From Alphaproteobacteria bacterium (GTDB taxonomy: Bacteria > Pseudomonadota > Alphaproteobacteria > CALKHQ01), in assembly GCA_965227515.1 (NCBI GenBank), contig CBDDFZ010000001.1:3488001-3552000 (forward strand): 64,000 bases of DNA. Reading direction: 5' to 3'. Below the pieces are notes generated by a model. That model ran no database searches. It was not told the DNA's origin and saw nothing but the letters and a program-made list of their open reading frames with translations. Positions 1-10,027 of the stretch are shown here, piece after piece. The translations under genes were made by a program, and so were the position numbers. Positions within the stretch are counted from its first letter, which is position 1. The number at the start of each line of letters is the position of its first letter.

Positions 1-1720
1 GACGCTGCGCGACCCTGATCGGCTGACCTATTTCAAGGAGGAGGTCGGCGGCCTGGTGATGGGCGGCTACGAGCCGAACCCGAAGCCCTGGGCGGTCGAC
101 GGCCTGCCAGACGGCTTCAACTTCTCGCTGCTCGACGCCGACATCGACCATTTCGAGCCGCTGATGGAACAGGCGATGGCGCGCGTGCCCGCGCTGGCGA
201 ACGCGGGCGTCAAGCAGCTTCTCAACGGGCCGGAGAGCTTCACGCCCGATGGCAACTTCATCCTTGGCGAGGCGCCCGAGCTGCCCGGCTTCTTTGTGGG
301 CGCCGGCTTCAATGCGTTCGGCATCGCATCGGCCGGCGGGGCCGGCATGGTGCTGGCCGAATGGGTGGCCGACGGCGCGCCGCCCTACGACGTGTGGCCG
401 GTCGATATCCGCCGCTTCGGCCAGCCGCACGCCGATACCGTCTGGGTGCGCCGCCGCACGCTGGAGGCCTATGCCAAACACTACACCATGGCCTGGCCGC
501 ACGAGGAGCACAGCAGCGGCCGGCCGTTGCGCCGCTCGCCGCTCTATCCGCTGCTGGCGTCGGCGGACGCCTGCTTCGGCGAGAAGATCGGCTGGGAGCG
601 GCCGAACTGGTTCGCCGACCGCGGCGCCGGTGAGCTGCCCCACGACACCCACACCTATGGACGTCCGAACTGGTTCGGCGCGGTCGCGCGCGAGCACGCT
701 GCCACCCGCGAGGCAGTGACGCTGTTCGACCAGACCTCGTTCGCCAAGTTCCGCATGGGCGGCCGCGATTCAGAGGCGGCGCTGGCCTGGATCTGCGCCA
801 ACAATACCGCGCGGCCGCCGGGCAAGGTCGTCTACACCCAGCTTCTCAACGACCATGGCGGCATCGAGGCCGACCTGACCGTCACCCGGCTGGCGGCGGA
901 CGACTACTACATCGTCACCGGCACCGGCTTCGCGACCCGCGACTTCGACTGGATCCAGCGCAACGTCCCGGCGGGCCTCGATGCGCACCTGATCGACGTC
1001 ACCGCGTCGCGGGCCGTGCTGGCGCTGATGGGGCCGAAGGCGCGCGACGTGCTCGCCGCGGTCACCGATGCCGATGTTTCCAACGAAGGATTTCCGTTCG
1101 CTACAGCGCAGACCGTCACAATTGCGGGCGCGCCGGTGCTGGCGGTCCGCATCACCTATGTCGGCGAACTGGGCTGGGAGCTGCACGTCCCGACGGACAT
1201 GGCGATCCCGGTCTACGAGGCGCTGATGGCCGCCGGCGAGACCCATGGCATCCGCAACGCCGGCTACCGCGCCATCGAGAGCCTGCGGCTGGAGAAGGGG
1301 TATCGCGCCTGGGGCGCGGACATCGGCCCCGACCACACGCCGGTCGAGGCCGGCCTCGACTGGGCGGTGCGCCGTGACCCGGCGACGCCCTATCGCGGCC
1401 AGGATGCCATCGAACGGCAGAGGCGCGACTGCGTCGCCAAGCGATTGGTCGGCTTCACAGTGGATGACCCCAATGTGGTGCTGCTGGGCCGCGAGACCAT
1501 CTACCGCGACGGCGCGCGGGTCGGCTGGCTGACCAGCGGCGGCTTCGGCCACAGCATCGGCAGGCCCATCGGCTATGGCTATGTCCGTAACGCCGACGGC
1601 GTCGACACGGCTTGGCTGGACTCCGGCGCCTACGAGCTCGACGTCGCGACCGTGCGCGTGCCCTGCCAGTTGCACCTGCGTCCGCTGTTCGACCCTGCGA
1701 ACACCCGCATTCGGGGTTAG
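1..1720 (+). CDS. GcvT-family FAD-dependent oxidoreductase (dimethylglycine/sarcosine dehydrogenase-like), 5'-truncated by the window edge
   Basis: Frame is open from base 2 (TLRDPDRLTYFKEEVGGLVMGGYE). Motifs NGPESFTPDG, GWERPNWF, RITYVGELGWELH and SLRLEKGYRAWG of the FAO central and aminomethyltransferase domains. Confidence 0.9.
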   Translation, partial: TLRDPDRLTYFKEEVGGLVMGGYEPNPKPWAVDGLPDGFNFSLLDADIDHFEPLMEQAMARVPALANAGVKQLLNGPESFTPDGNFILGEAPELPGFFVGAGFNAFGIASAGGAGMVLAEWVADGAPPYDVWPVDIRRFGQPHADTVWVRRRTLEAYAKHYTMAWPHEEHSSGRPLRRSPLYPLLASADACFGEKIGWERPNWFADRGAGELPHDTHTYGRPNWFGAVAREHAATREAVTLFDQTSFAKFRMGGRDSEAALAWICANNTARPPGKVVYTQLLNDHGGIEADLTVTRLAADDYYIVTGTGFATRDFDWIQRNVPAGLDAHLIDVTASRAVLALMGPKARDVLAAVTDADVSNEGFPFATAQTVTIAGAPVLAVRITYVGELGWELHVPTDMAIPVYEALMAAGETHGIRNAGYRAIESLRLEKGYRAWGADIGPDHTPVEAGLDWAVRRDPATPYRGQDAIERQRRDCVAKRLVGFTVDDPNVVLLGRETIYRDGARVGWLTSGGFGHSIGRPIGYGYVRNADGVDTAWLDSGAYELDVATVRVPCQLHLRPLFDPANTRIRG

Positions 1721-1736
1721 GCTTTCAGTCTCAAGA

Positions 1737-1874
1737 CCCTCACCCTCCCGTCCGGCCGAGCCGGCCGGGTCCCTCCCTCTCCCACATCGCGGGAGAGGGT
1801 GAAGAAGCGCGGCCGAATCCCCTCTCCCATTTTGGGAGAGGGAGGGGCCCAGCCGCAGGCTGGGAGGGTGAGGG
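1737..1874. repeat. Compound palindromic REP-like element (CCCTCACCCTCCC / CCCTCTCCC family)
   Basis: CCCTCACCCTCCC (1737-1749) is the exact reverse complement of GGGAGGGTGAGGG (1862-1874). Two inner hairpins CCCTCTCCC-loop-GGGAGAGGG at 1775-1799 and 1820-1842. Lies between convergent genes. Confidence 0.85.
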
Positions 1875-1905
1875 CCTAATTGGCTTGGCCCAGCGCACGC
1901 GGCTG

Positions 1906-3579
1906 CTACCGGTCGCTGGTCTGCCAGCGCGGGTTCATCCACGGTTCGGCGTTGGAGGCCGGCAGCGGCTCGCGCCCAAGGATGTGATCGCTGGCCTTCT
2001 CGCCGACCATGATCGACGGCGCGTTCAGATTGCCATTGGTGATGCGCGGGAAAATGGAGCTGTCGGCCACCCGCAGCCCATCGACACCGATCACCCGGCA
2101 TTCCGGGTCGACCACCGCCATCGGATCGTCGGCCGCCCCCATCCGCGCCGTCCCGCACGGGTGGTACGCGCTCTCGGCGTGATCGCGGACAAAGCCGTCG
2201 ATCTCCGCGTCGCTGGCGCACCCCTCACCCGGCTGGATCTCCTTGCCGCGATAGGCGTCGAACGCCGCCTGGCCGAAGATCTCGCGGGTCAGCCGGATGC
2301 AGCGGCGGAAATCGGCCCAGTCTTCCGGTTCGCTCATGTAGTTGAAGACGATGCGCGGCGGGTCGTCCGGGTTGGCCGACCGCAGCGTCACCGCCCCGCG
2401 CGACGCCGACCGCATCGGCCCGACATGGGCCTGGAAGCCATGGCCCTCCGCCGCCGCCTGGCCGTCGTAGCGCACCGCGATCGGCAGGAAGTGATACTGG
2501 ATGTCGGGATAGCGCACCCCGGCGCGCGACCGCACGAAGGCCGCACTCTCGAACTGGTTGGAGGCGCCAAGCCCAGTCCCGAGGAACAGCCATTGCGCGC
2601 CGATCCACGTCTTGCCCCACAGGTTCCAGTACTTGTAGAGCGTGATCGGCTTGGTGCTGGCCTGCTGGACGTAGACCTCCAGGTGGTCCTGCAGATTCTG
2701 GCCGACGCCGGGCCGGTCGGCCACGACCGCGATGCCGTGGTCGGCCAAGTGCGCCGCCGGGCCGATGCCCGACAGCATCAATATCTTCGGCGTGTTGATC
2801 GAGGACGCGGCCAGGATCACCTCGCGCCGCGCGCGGACGGTCTCGACCCGGCCACGGCGTTCGATCTCGACGCCCGTGGCGCGGCCGTTCTCGACGATCA
2901 CCCGGCGGGCAAAGCAGCGCAGCAGGCGGCAGTTGGGGCGTTTCAGCGCCGGCCTCAGATAGGCGTTCGCGGCCGACCATCGCCGGCCCTTCCACACCGT
3001 CTGCTCCATCGGCCCGAAGCCTTCCTGCTTCTCGCCATTGTAATCGCCGGTGACCTCGAACCCCGCCTGCCGCCCCGCCTCGACAAAGGCGTGGAACAGC
3101 GGATTGGCGCGCGGTCCACGCGTCACGTGGAGCGGGCCGTCGCTGCCGCGCCATGACGGGTCGCCGCCATGGCCGCCGTCGTGCCAATGCTCCATCCGCT
3201 TGAAGTACGGCAGCACGTCCTTGTAGGCCCAGCCGGCAGCCCCCGACTCCGCCCAATGATCGAAGTCGCAGGCGTGGCCCCGCACATAGACCATGCCGTT
3301 GATGGACGACGACCCGCCGATCACCTTGCCGCGCGGTGTCGCCAGTTGCCGACCGCCGAGATGCGGCTCCGGCTCCGACCGGTAGCCCCAATCGTAGCGC
3401 GCCATGTTCATGGGATAGGACAACGCCGCCGGCATCTGGATCAGCGGCCCGGCATCGGTGCCGCCATATTCCAGCACCAGCACGTCATTGCGGCCGTCCT
3501 CGGACAGGCGATAAGCCATCGCGGCACCCGCCGACCCGGAGCCGACGATAACGAAGTCCGCTTCCCGGCCGTCCGCCAT
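1906..3579 (-). CDS. betA: Choline dehydrogenase (GMC oxidoreductase)
   Basis: [14 protein letters not shown] motif, [30 protein letters not shown]. Start set at MADGREADF, which overlaps the betB stop (TGATG). Confidence 0.95.
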   Translation of the reverse strand: MADGREADFVIVGSGSAGAAMAYRLSEDGRNDVLVLEYGGTDAGPLIQMPAALSYPMNMARYDWGYRSEPEPHLGGRQLATPRGKVIGGSSSINGMVYVRGHACDFDHWAESGAAGWAYKDVLPYFKRMEHWHDGGHGGDPSWRGSDGPLHVTRGPRANPLFHAFVEAGRQAGFEVTGDYNGEKQEGFGPMEQTVWKGRRWSAANAYLRPALKRPNCRLLRCFARRVIVENGRATGVEIERRGRVETVRARREVILAASSINTPKILMLSGIGPAAHLADHGIAVVADRPGVGQNLQDHLEVYVQQASTKPITLYKYWNLWGKTWIGAQWLFLGTGLGASNQFESAAFVRSRAGVRYPDIQYHFLPIAVRYDGQAAAEGHGFQAHVGPMRSASRGAVTLRSANPDDPPRIVFNYMSEPEDWADFRRCIRLTREIFGQAAFDAYRGKEIQPGEGCASDAEIDGFVRDHAESAYHPCGTARMGAADDPMAVVDPECRVIGVDGLRVADSSIFPRITNGNLNAPSIMVGEKASDHILGREPLPASNAEPWMNPRWQTSDR

Positions 3580-5045
3580 CAATACGGGCTCTCGACCCCG
3601 CCTGCCGCAACATAGACCGATTTGAGCTGGCTGTAGTGCGCTATGGCCGCGGCGGCGTTCTCGCGGCCGACGCCCGACATCTTGGCCCCGCCGAACGGCA
3701 CCTCGACCGGCGCCAGATTGTAGGTGTTGAGCCAGCACGACCCGGCCTGAAGCCGGCCGATCACCCGGTGGCCGCGTTGTAAATCGCGGGTGAACACGCC
3801 GGCCGACAGCCCGAAGGCGGTGTCGTTGGCGCGGGCCACCACCTCATCCTCGTCGTCGAACGCGAGCACCGAGGCAACGGGCCCGAAGATCTCCTCGCGC
3901 GCGATGCGCATGTCGTCGCGCACGCCGGTGAAGATGGTCGGCTCGATGTAATAGCCGCCCTCCAGGCCCTGCAAGGTGACCGGGTTGCCGCCATAGGCCA
4001 GGTGCGCGCCCTCCTCCCGGCCGATGCGGATGTAGTCGAACACAATATCGCGCTGGCGGGCCGAGACCATGGGGCCGAAGTTCACTTCCTCGTCCATCGG
4101 GTCGCCGATGCGGGCCTGCGCCGTGCGCGCGACCAGCCGCTCCACGAACCGGTCGTGCAGGCCGCGCTGCACGAACACGCGGGTGCCGTTGGAGCAGACC
4201 TGGCCGGTCGAATAGAAATTGCCCAGGATCGCGCCGCCGACGGCGGCCTCGACGTCGGCGTCGTCGAACACGATCAGCGGTGACTTGCCGCCGAGTTCCA
4301 TGGTGACGTGCTTCATCTCGCCGGCCGCCGCCGCGGCAACCTTGCGGCCGGTCGGCACCGAGCCGGTCAACGAGACCTTGGCGACGTCCGAGTGGGTGAC
4401 CAGCGCGCCGCCCGCCTCGCCGTCGCCTTGCACCACGTTGTAGAGGCCCGGCGGTGCGCCCGCCTCAGCCATGATCTCGGCCACCTTCAGCGCGCACAGC
4501 GGCGTGGTCTCCGACGGTTTGAACACCATGGCGTTGCCGCAGGCGAGCGCCGGCGCACCCTTCCAGCATGCGATCTGGGTCGGATAGTTCCAGGCGCCGA
4601 TGCCGACGCACACGCCCAGCGGCTCGCGCACGGTATAGGCGAAGTCGCCGCCGCCGAGCGGGATGTGCTGCCCTGTCAGGGTCGCCGCCATGCCGCCGAA
4701 GTATTCCAGCGCATCGGCGCCGGAGGTCGCGTCCGCCACCAACGTCTCCTGCAAGGGCTTGCCGGTGTCCAGCGTCTCCAGTTCGGAGAGGTCACGGTTG
4801 CGCGCGCGCATGATGTCGGCGGCGCGGCGCAGCACCCGTCCGCGTTCCACCGGCGCCCAGGTCGCCCACTCGGCTTGCGCCCGTGCCGCGGCGGCAACTG
4901 CCTGGTCCACGATGGCCGGCGTGGCGCAGTGCACCCGCGCGATCACCTCGCCAGTCGCCGGGTAGTGGCAGTCGATGGCCTTCCCGCCGTCGTCCTCCAC
5001 ATATGCACCATCGATGAAGTGCGAGGCTGTCGGCTGCGCGCGCAT
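3579..5045 (-). CDS. betB: Betaine aldehyde dehydrogenase
   Basis: ALDH motifs [23 protein letters not shown] and EEIFGPV; sits between betI and betA. Confidence 0.95.
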   Translation of the reverse strand: MRAQPTASHFIDGAYVEDDGGKAIDCHYPATGEVIARVHCATPAIVDQAVAAAARAQAEWATWAPVERGRVLRRAADIMRARNRDLSELETLDTGKPLQETLVADATSGADALEYFGGMAATLTGQHIPLGGGDFAYTVREPLGVCVGIGAWNYPTQIACWKGAPALACGNAMVFKPSETTPLCALKVAEIMAEAGAPPGLYNVVQGDGEAGGALVTHSDVAKVSLTGSVPTGRKVAAAAAGEMKHVTMELGGKSPLIVFDDADVEAAVGGAILGNFYSTGQVCSNGTRVFVQRGLHDRFVERLVARTAQARIGDPMDEEVNFGPMVSARQRDIVFDYIRIGREEGAHLAYGGNPVTLQGLEGGYYIEPTIFTGVRDDMRIAREEIFGPVASVLAFDDEDEVVARANDTAFGLSAGVFTRDLQRGHRVIGRLQAGSCWLNTYNLAPVEVPFGGAKMSGVGRENAAAAIAHYSQLKSVYVAAGGVESPY

Positions 5046-5629
5046 CAGGCCACACCACCGGCCAGCACCTGCTCGAAATGCCGGCTCACCATCTCGACCG
5101 CCGCCTGCGGGTTCGGCTTCTGCCGGTTCAGCGCCTGACGGATGTAGACCCCGTCGATCAGCGCGCCGACACCGGCGGCGACCTCCCCCGCCCGCGCGCC
5201 GGCCAAGGGGCGGATCGCGGCGGTGAGATTGGAGTCGAGGCGGCGCTGGTAGATGCGCAACAGCCGCATCGCCTCGCCGGAGGTCTGCGACAGCACATAG
5301 AAGTTCAGCCAGGCCGCCACCGATTCCTTGTTGAAGTTCTTGTCCTCGAAGCAGCCGCGGATGATCGCGACCACACGGTCCCTGGGTGTCGACGCCGCGC
5401 GCAAACGCGCCCGGACGTCATGCCCGAACTCCGTCAGCAGATGGCGCATGGACGCCAGGAAAAGCTGCTCCTTGCCGCCGAAATAGTGATGCGCCAACGC
5501 GCTGGAGACCCCGGCGCGGCGCGCGATGGTCGTGACCGTCACGTCCAGCGAGCCTGCGCGGCCCACTTCGTGGATCGTGGCATCCACCAACGCCGACCGG
5601 CGGATCGGTTCCATTCCGAGCTTAGGCAT
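5045..5629 (-). CDS. betI: TetR-family choline-responsive repressor
   Basis: Characteristic N-terminus [11 protein letters not shown], helix-turn-helix [16 protein letters not shown], and bet context. Confidence 0.95.
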   Translation of the reverse strand: MPKLGMEPIRRSALVDATIHEVGRAGSLDVTVTTIARRAGVSSALAHHYFGGKEQLFLASMRHLLTEFGHDVRARLRAASTPRDRVVAIIRGCFEDKNFNKESVAAWLNFYVLSQTSGEAMRLLRIYQRRLDSNLTAAIRPLAGARAGEVAAGVGALIDGVYIRQALNRQKPNPQAAVEMVSRHFEQVLAGGVA

Positions 5630-5654
5630 GGACCTGGCGTGTTCCCATTTTTAG

Positions 5655-5683
5655 TTGACTGACCAGTCAATCAAAAATATTCT
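5655..5683 (+). promoter_or_regulatory. Sigma-70 promoter of choXWV overlapped by a palindromic operator (probable BetI site)
   Basis: TTGACT-N17-TATTCT (5655-5683). The palindrome TTGACTG-AC-CAGTCAA (5655-5670) covers the -35 in the betI/choX divergent gap. Confidence 0.8.
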
Positions 5684-5740
5684 CCACCCAATCTCGATTG
5701 TCAACAAGACCAATTCGACACAACCGCACAGGGGGAGAAA

Positions 5741-6661
5741 ATGAAGCATCTCTTGTCAGGAGTTGCGATGGTCGGCCTGTTTGCCGGCCAGGCCTATGCC
5801 GACTGTGAGACCGTCAGTTTCTCCGACGTTGGCTGGACAGATATCACCGCGACCACGGCGGTGACCACAACTGTACTTGAAGCGCTGGGCTACGAGACCG
5901 AGGTCAAGGTGCTGTCGGTGCCGGTGACCTATACCGCACTTGCCGAGGGCGATATCGACATCTTCCTGGGCAACTGGATGCCGACGATGGAAGGCGACAT
6001 CGCCCCCTACCGCGAGGCGGGCACCGTCGACATCGTCGGCGTCAACCTTGAGGGCGCGAAGTACACCCTGGCGGCCAACCGTGCGGCCGCCGATCTCGGC
6101 ATCGCCGACTTCGCCGACATCGCCGCCCACGCCGATGCCCTGGAAAGCGAGATCTACGGTATCGAGCCGGGCAATGACGGCAATCGCCTGATCATCGAGA
6201 TGATCGAGGCCGACGCGTTCGGGCTGTCCGGCTTCGAGGTGGTGGAAAGTTCCGAGCAGGGCATGCTGGCCCAGGTGGCCCGCGCCGACGGCAATGGCGA
6301 CCCGGTCATCTTCCTGGGCTGGGAACCGCACCCGATGAACGCCAATTTCGACATGGTCTATTTGACTGGCGGCGACGACTGGTTCGGCCCCGACTTTGGC
6401 GGCGCTACGGTCTACACCAACACCCGCGCCGGTTATGTCGATGAGTGCCCGAACGTCGGCGCGCTGCTCAACAACCTGACGTTCTCGCTGGCGCTGGAGA
6501 ACGAGATCATGGGCGCGATCCTGAACGATGGCGAGGATCCCAACGATGCCGCCGCGGCCTGGCTTGCGGCGCACATGGACGTCGTGGAGCCATGGCTGGA
6601 CGGCGTCACTACCCTGGACGGCGGCGATGCCATGGAAGCCGTCACCGCCGCCCTGAACTAG
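5741..6661 (+). CDS. choX: Choline ABC transporter substrate-binding protein
   Basis: Signal peptide; FSDVGWTDI, FLGNWMP, GIEPGNDGN, FLGWEPHPMN; RBS-like GGGGAG upstream. Confidence 0.93.
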   Translation: MKHLLSGVAMVGLFAGQAYADCETVSFSDVGWTDITATTAVTTTVLEALGYETEVKVLSVPVTYTALAEGDIDIFLGNWMPTMEGDIAPYREAGTVDIVGVNLEGAKYTLAANRAAADLGIADFADIAAHADALESEIYGIEPGNDGNRLIIEMIEADAFGLSGFEVVESSEQGMLAQVARADGNGDPVIFLGWEPHPMNANFDMVYLTGGDDWFGPDFGGATVYTNTRAGYVDECPNVGALLNNLTFSLALENEIMGAILNDGEDPNDAAAAWLAAHMDVVEPWLDGVTTLDGGDAMEAVTAALN

Positions 6662-6675
6662 CGGCAATCGAATAC

Positions 6676-6702
6676 AAGGGCGCCATCCGGCGCCCTTTTT
6701 TT
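6676..6702 (+). terminator. Intrinsic terminator/attenuator hairpin after choX
   Basis: AAGGGCGCC-ATCC-GGCGCCCTT followed by a T run. Confidence 0.8.
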
Positions 6703-6721
6703 GCTGTCAGGGAGCCGCGCG

Positions 6722-7552
6722 ATGGATTGGCTGACCGACAACAAGATCCCCATCGGCAAATGGGCCAAGTGGCTGGTCGACTGGCTGATCGAGAACGTCG
6801 CCTGGTTCTTCGATGGGCTGGCCGTCGTGTTCGAGCTCATCATCGACGGCATCTTGTGGGTGCTGCAGACACCGCCGGCATTCGTGGTGGTTGCCGCCTT
6901 CGTGGTCGGCACCTATGCGTTGCAACGCTCGTGGGTGATTGCCGGCGGCGTCCTGATCGGCTTCCTGTTCGTCATCAACCAGGGCTATTGGGAGGAAACC
7001 ACGGAGACTCTGACCCTGGTGGTTACCTCCTGCCTGCTTTGCATGGGGCTTGGCGTGCCGATCGGCATTTTCGCGGCCCACAACCCGAAGGTCTATCGGG
7101 CGATGCGCCCGGTGCTGGACCTGATGCAGACCCTGCCCACCTTCGTCTATCTGATCCCGGCCATCGTCTTTTTCGGCATCGGCATGGTGCCTGGCCTCAT
7201 CGCCACCGCCATCTTCGTGATCCCGGCGCCGATCCGGCTCACTCATCTCGGCATCTCGTCCACGCCCACGGCGTTGATCGAGGCCGGAAAGGCGTTCGGC
7301 TGCACGCGGCGGCAACTGCTGTTCAAGGTCGAGCTGCCGTATGCGCTGCCGCAGATCATGGCCGGGCTGACCCAGACCATCATGCTGTCGCTGTCGATGG
7401 TGGTGATCGCGGCCCTGGTCGGTGCCGACGGGCTCGGCGTGCCGGTGGTCCGCGCGCTCAACAGCGTCAACACCGCGCTGGGCTTCGAGGCGGGGCTGGT
7501 GATCGTGGTGCTGGCGATCATGCTCGACCGCATCTTCCGCCGGGAGCGGTAG
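6722..7552 (+). CDS. choW: Choline ABC transporter permease
   Basis: MDWLTDNKIPIG start; PVLDLMQTLPTFVYLIPA and EAGKAFG (EAA loop) of ProW-type permeases. Confidence 0.92.
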   Translation: MDWLTDNKIPIGKWAKWLVDWLIENVAWFFDGLAVVFELIIDGILWVLQTPPAFVVVAAFVVGTYALQRSWVIAGGVLIGFLFVINQGYWEETTETLTLVVTSCLLCMGLGVPIGIFAAHNPKVYRAMRPVLDLMQTLPTFVYLIPAIVFFGIGMVPGLIATAIFVIPAPIRLTHLGISSTPTALIEAGKAFGCTRRQLLFKVELPYALPQIMAGLTQTIMLSLSMVVIAALVGADGLGVPVVRALNSVNTALGFEAGLVIVVLAIMLDRIFRRER

Positions 7553-7554
7553 GC

Positions 7555-8616
7555 ATGGCCCGCGAGGCGATCGTCTTCGACAAGGTGTCGATCGTCTTCG
7601 GCGACCGGCCGCGCGCGGCCCTGCGGCAGATGGACGACGGGCTGGACCGCGCCGCCATCCAGGAACGAACCGGCCAGATCCTGGGCGTGCACGACTGCTC
7701 GCTGACGGTGGCGGAAGGCGAAATCTCGGTGCTGATGGGCTTGTCAGGGTCCGGCAAGTCGACCCTTCTCCGCGCCGTCAACCGGCTGAATCCGGTCACC
7801 CGCGGCAGCCTGATGGTGCGCGACGGCAATACTCTGGTCGATGTCGCGCAGGCCAGCGAGGCGACGCTCGGCCACATCCGCCAGCACTGCGTCTCGATGG
7901 TGTTCCAGCAGTTCGCGCTGCTGCCCTGGCGCACGGTCATCGACAACGTCGCCCTGGGACTGGAGATCGCCAACGTCCCGCCGCGCGAACGCCGCGAGCG
8001 CGCCCATGCCGAGCTTAAGACCGTCAACCTGGCCGACTGGGCCGACCGCAAGGTCAGCGAGCTCTCCGGCGGCATGCAGCAGCGGGTTGGCCTGGCCCGT
8101 GCCTTCGCCACCGATGCGCCGATCCTGCTGATGGACGAGCCGTTCTCCGCCCTCGACCCGCTGATCCGCAACAAGCTGCAGGACGAGCTGCTGGAGTTGC
8201 AGGAGCGCAAGCAGCGCACGATCCTGTTCGTCAGCCACGACCTGGAGGAAGCGGTCAAGATCGGCAACACCATCACCATCCTGGAGGGCGGCAGGATCGT
8301 GCAGTCGGGCCGCGCCGAGGACATCGTGCTGAAGCCGGCGGACGACTATGTGGCCGAGTTCGTTGCCCACCTGAACTTGCTGCCGGTGCTGCGGGTGCGC
8401 GACGTGATGCGCGAGGGAACCAACGGCACCACTGGCAGCGTCGCGGTCGATGCCGATGCGCCCATCGTCTCGGTGATCGAGACCGTGCTGGCCGCCGAGG
8501 GGCGTTCGGTCGCGGTGATGGGGGATGGCGCGCCCATCGGCCACATCTCGGCCGGCGACATCCTGGGCAAGCTGTCGCGCACCGCCCCACCATCCCCGCC
8601 ACATGAGCCAGACTGA
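7555..8616 (+). CDS. choV: Choline ABC transporter ATP-binding protein
   Basis: [28 protein letters not shown]; start MAREAIVF lies 2 nt after the choW stop. Confidence 0.92.
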   Translation: MAREAIVFDKVSIVFGDRPRAALRQMDDGLDRAAIQERTGQILGVHDCSLTVAEGEISVLMGLSGSGKSTLLRAVNRLNPVTRGSLMVRDGNTLVDVAQASEATLGHIRQHCVSMVFQQFALLPWRTVIDNVALGLEIANVPPRERRERAHAELKTVNLADWADRKVSELSGGMQQRVGLARAFATDAPILLMDEPFSALDPLIRNKLQDELLELQERKQRTILFVSHDLEEAVKIGNTITILEGGRIVQSGRAEDIVLKPADDYVAEFVAHLNLLPVLRVRDVMREGTNGTTGSVAVDADAPIVSVIETVLAAEGRSVAVMGDGAPIGHISAGDILGKLSRTAPPSPPHEPD

Positions 8617-9172
8617 GCGCCTGATCGCCGAGGCGATGGCCGCCATCCGCGACCGGCAGTGGCCAAAGGCCGAGGCGCTGCTGCGCCGGCTGGCACGCGG
8701 CAAGGACGTGCCTCCGCAGGTGCCTTACAATCTGGCACTCGTGCTGCGCGAGCTGGGCAAGCCGCGTCAGGTCGGCCACTGGCTCGGCGAGGCGGTGCGC
8801 CTGAAGCCCGACTATGCCGCCGCCTGGTTCGAACTCGGGCGCTGTCGCCTGGACGAAGCCGGCGACATGGCGGGCGCCCGCGACGCATTCGCCGAGGCCG
8901 CGCGGCATGACCCGACCGATGCCGATGCCTGGCGCAATCTGGCTCGGATATCGGCGCGGCTGGGCGACCACGCCGCCGCGCGCGATGCCTGGCGACAGGC
9001 CCTCGCGATCCGCGACGATATCGAGGACCGGGTCGGCCTGGTACAGGCATTGCTCGAATTGCGCGACCCGGACGCCGATGCCCTGCTGAAGGTCCTCTGG
9101 ACCCAACCCGCCAGCCGCGCCTATCTGCTCAAGGCGCTGACCCACAGCAGCGCCGGCACCCTGACCCTGTAG
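8603..9172 (+). CDS. Tetratricopeptide-repeat protein
   Basis: TPR-like units (YNLALVL, PDYAAAWFELG, PTDADAWRNLA); ATG overlaps the end of choV. Confidence 0.8.
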   Translation: MSQTERLIAEAMAAIRDRQWPKAEALLRRLARGKDVPPQVPYNLALVLRELGKPRQVGHWLGEAVRLKPDYAAAWFELGRCRLDEAGDMAGARDAFAEAARHDPTDADAWRNLARISARLGDHAAARDAWRQALAIRDDIEDRVGLVQALLELRDPDADALLKVLWTQPASRAYLLKALTHSSAGTLTL

Positions 9173-9874
9173 CTAGCTTCTGTAGTTCTTCCGATACGCG
9201 CCGCGTTCGGCCTGCACGTCCTCTTGCAGGGCGCGGGTGGCGGCCTGACGGTCCGCGTCCATGGTCTCGACCACAAGGTCCAGGCGCTCGCGCGGCACCG
9301 GCACCGCTTGCGCTACCGGCGTGCCAGCGGCAATGACGCCGCTGAAGCCGGGGTCCGTCCACACCGCCGGGAAGTGCACGTACCCATCGCGGTAGGTGTC
9401 GCAATCGACCAGTCCGGTGAGCGTCTGGAACGGGGTTGGCGGACGCCCGAACGGATGGGTGAACAGTACCGACCAGCCATCCGGCGCCTCCAATGCCCAG
9501 AAGTTCATGAACTTGACGAAGAACCGGCCGCTGCCCGCCAGCGGGCTGCCGGTTGCCTGCTCCGGCGCGTGGACCGCCACCGGCGCGCGGGCCGACACCT
9601 GGTCGGGCAACACCGGTATGTCCCAGTCCCAGGAGATGGCGCCGTTCTCCACCCGCAGGTCGCAGGCGAGCGGCATCAGCAGCCCCAATCCCAGGGCGTC
9701 GATCAGTGGCGGGCAGTGCTTCAGGGTGCGGATCGGCATGCCGCCCAGGCTGTCGGCCGGTACCTCCGAGGGCATGTCGCGCAGCCAGTCCGGCAAGGCC
9801 GACCCCGCCGGTACCGGCTTCGGCAGAATGTGCTCCAGCGCCGGATGGCAGCGCGCGGTGATCTGGATGGTCAT
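9173..9874 (-). CDS. Conserved hypothetical protein, DUF6065-like
   Basis: PVPA..LPDW, HCPPLIDA, GWSVLFTHP, LTGLVDCD and GTPVAQAVP pattern recalled from that family; host-like codon use. Confidence 0.65.
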   Translation of the reverse strand: MTIQITARCHPALEHILPKPVPAGSALPDWLRDMPSEVPADSLGGMPIRTLKHCPPLIDALGLGLLMPLACDLRVENGAISWDWDIPVLPDQVSARAPVAVHAPEQATGSPLAGSGRFFVKFMNFWALEAPDGWSVLFTHPFGRPPTPFQTLTGLVDCDTYRDGYVHFPAVWTDPGFSGVIAAGTPVAQAVPVPRERLDLVVETMDADRQAATRALQEDVQAERGAYRKNYRS

Positions 9875-9922
9875 GGGTGGTCAATTATTAGCCTGCAGCA
9901 CGCTACCTTACCCAACAACAAC

Positions 9923-10014
9923 CGTCATGCTCGGGCTTGACCCGAGCATCCACGAAAATGGCCGCATGAGCGGCCAACAAGACGTGGATGCCCGCAACAA
10001 GTGCGGGCATGACG
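9923..10014. repeat. CGTC-tagged REP doublet (92 bp), copy 1
   Basis: CGTCATGCTCGGG-CTTGA-CCCGAGCATCCAC ... GTGGATGCCCGCA-ACAAG-TGCGGGCATGACG with central hairpin TGGCCGC-ATGA-GCGGCCA; inverted copy at 39210-39301. Confidence 0.92.
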
Positions 10015-10027
10015 AAAGGAAGTGGTG

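Noticed and set aside
3580-3738. N-terminal extensions in the ORF track (betA, choV, GT4, exporter ATPase, phnK, phnL, MarR and others)
   Set aside because: They overlap upstream genes; downstream starts have coupling or an RBS and match family N-termini.
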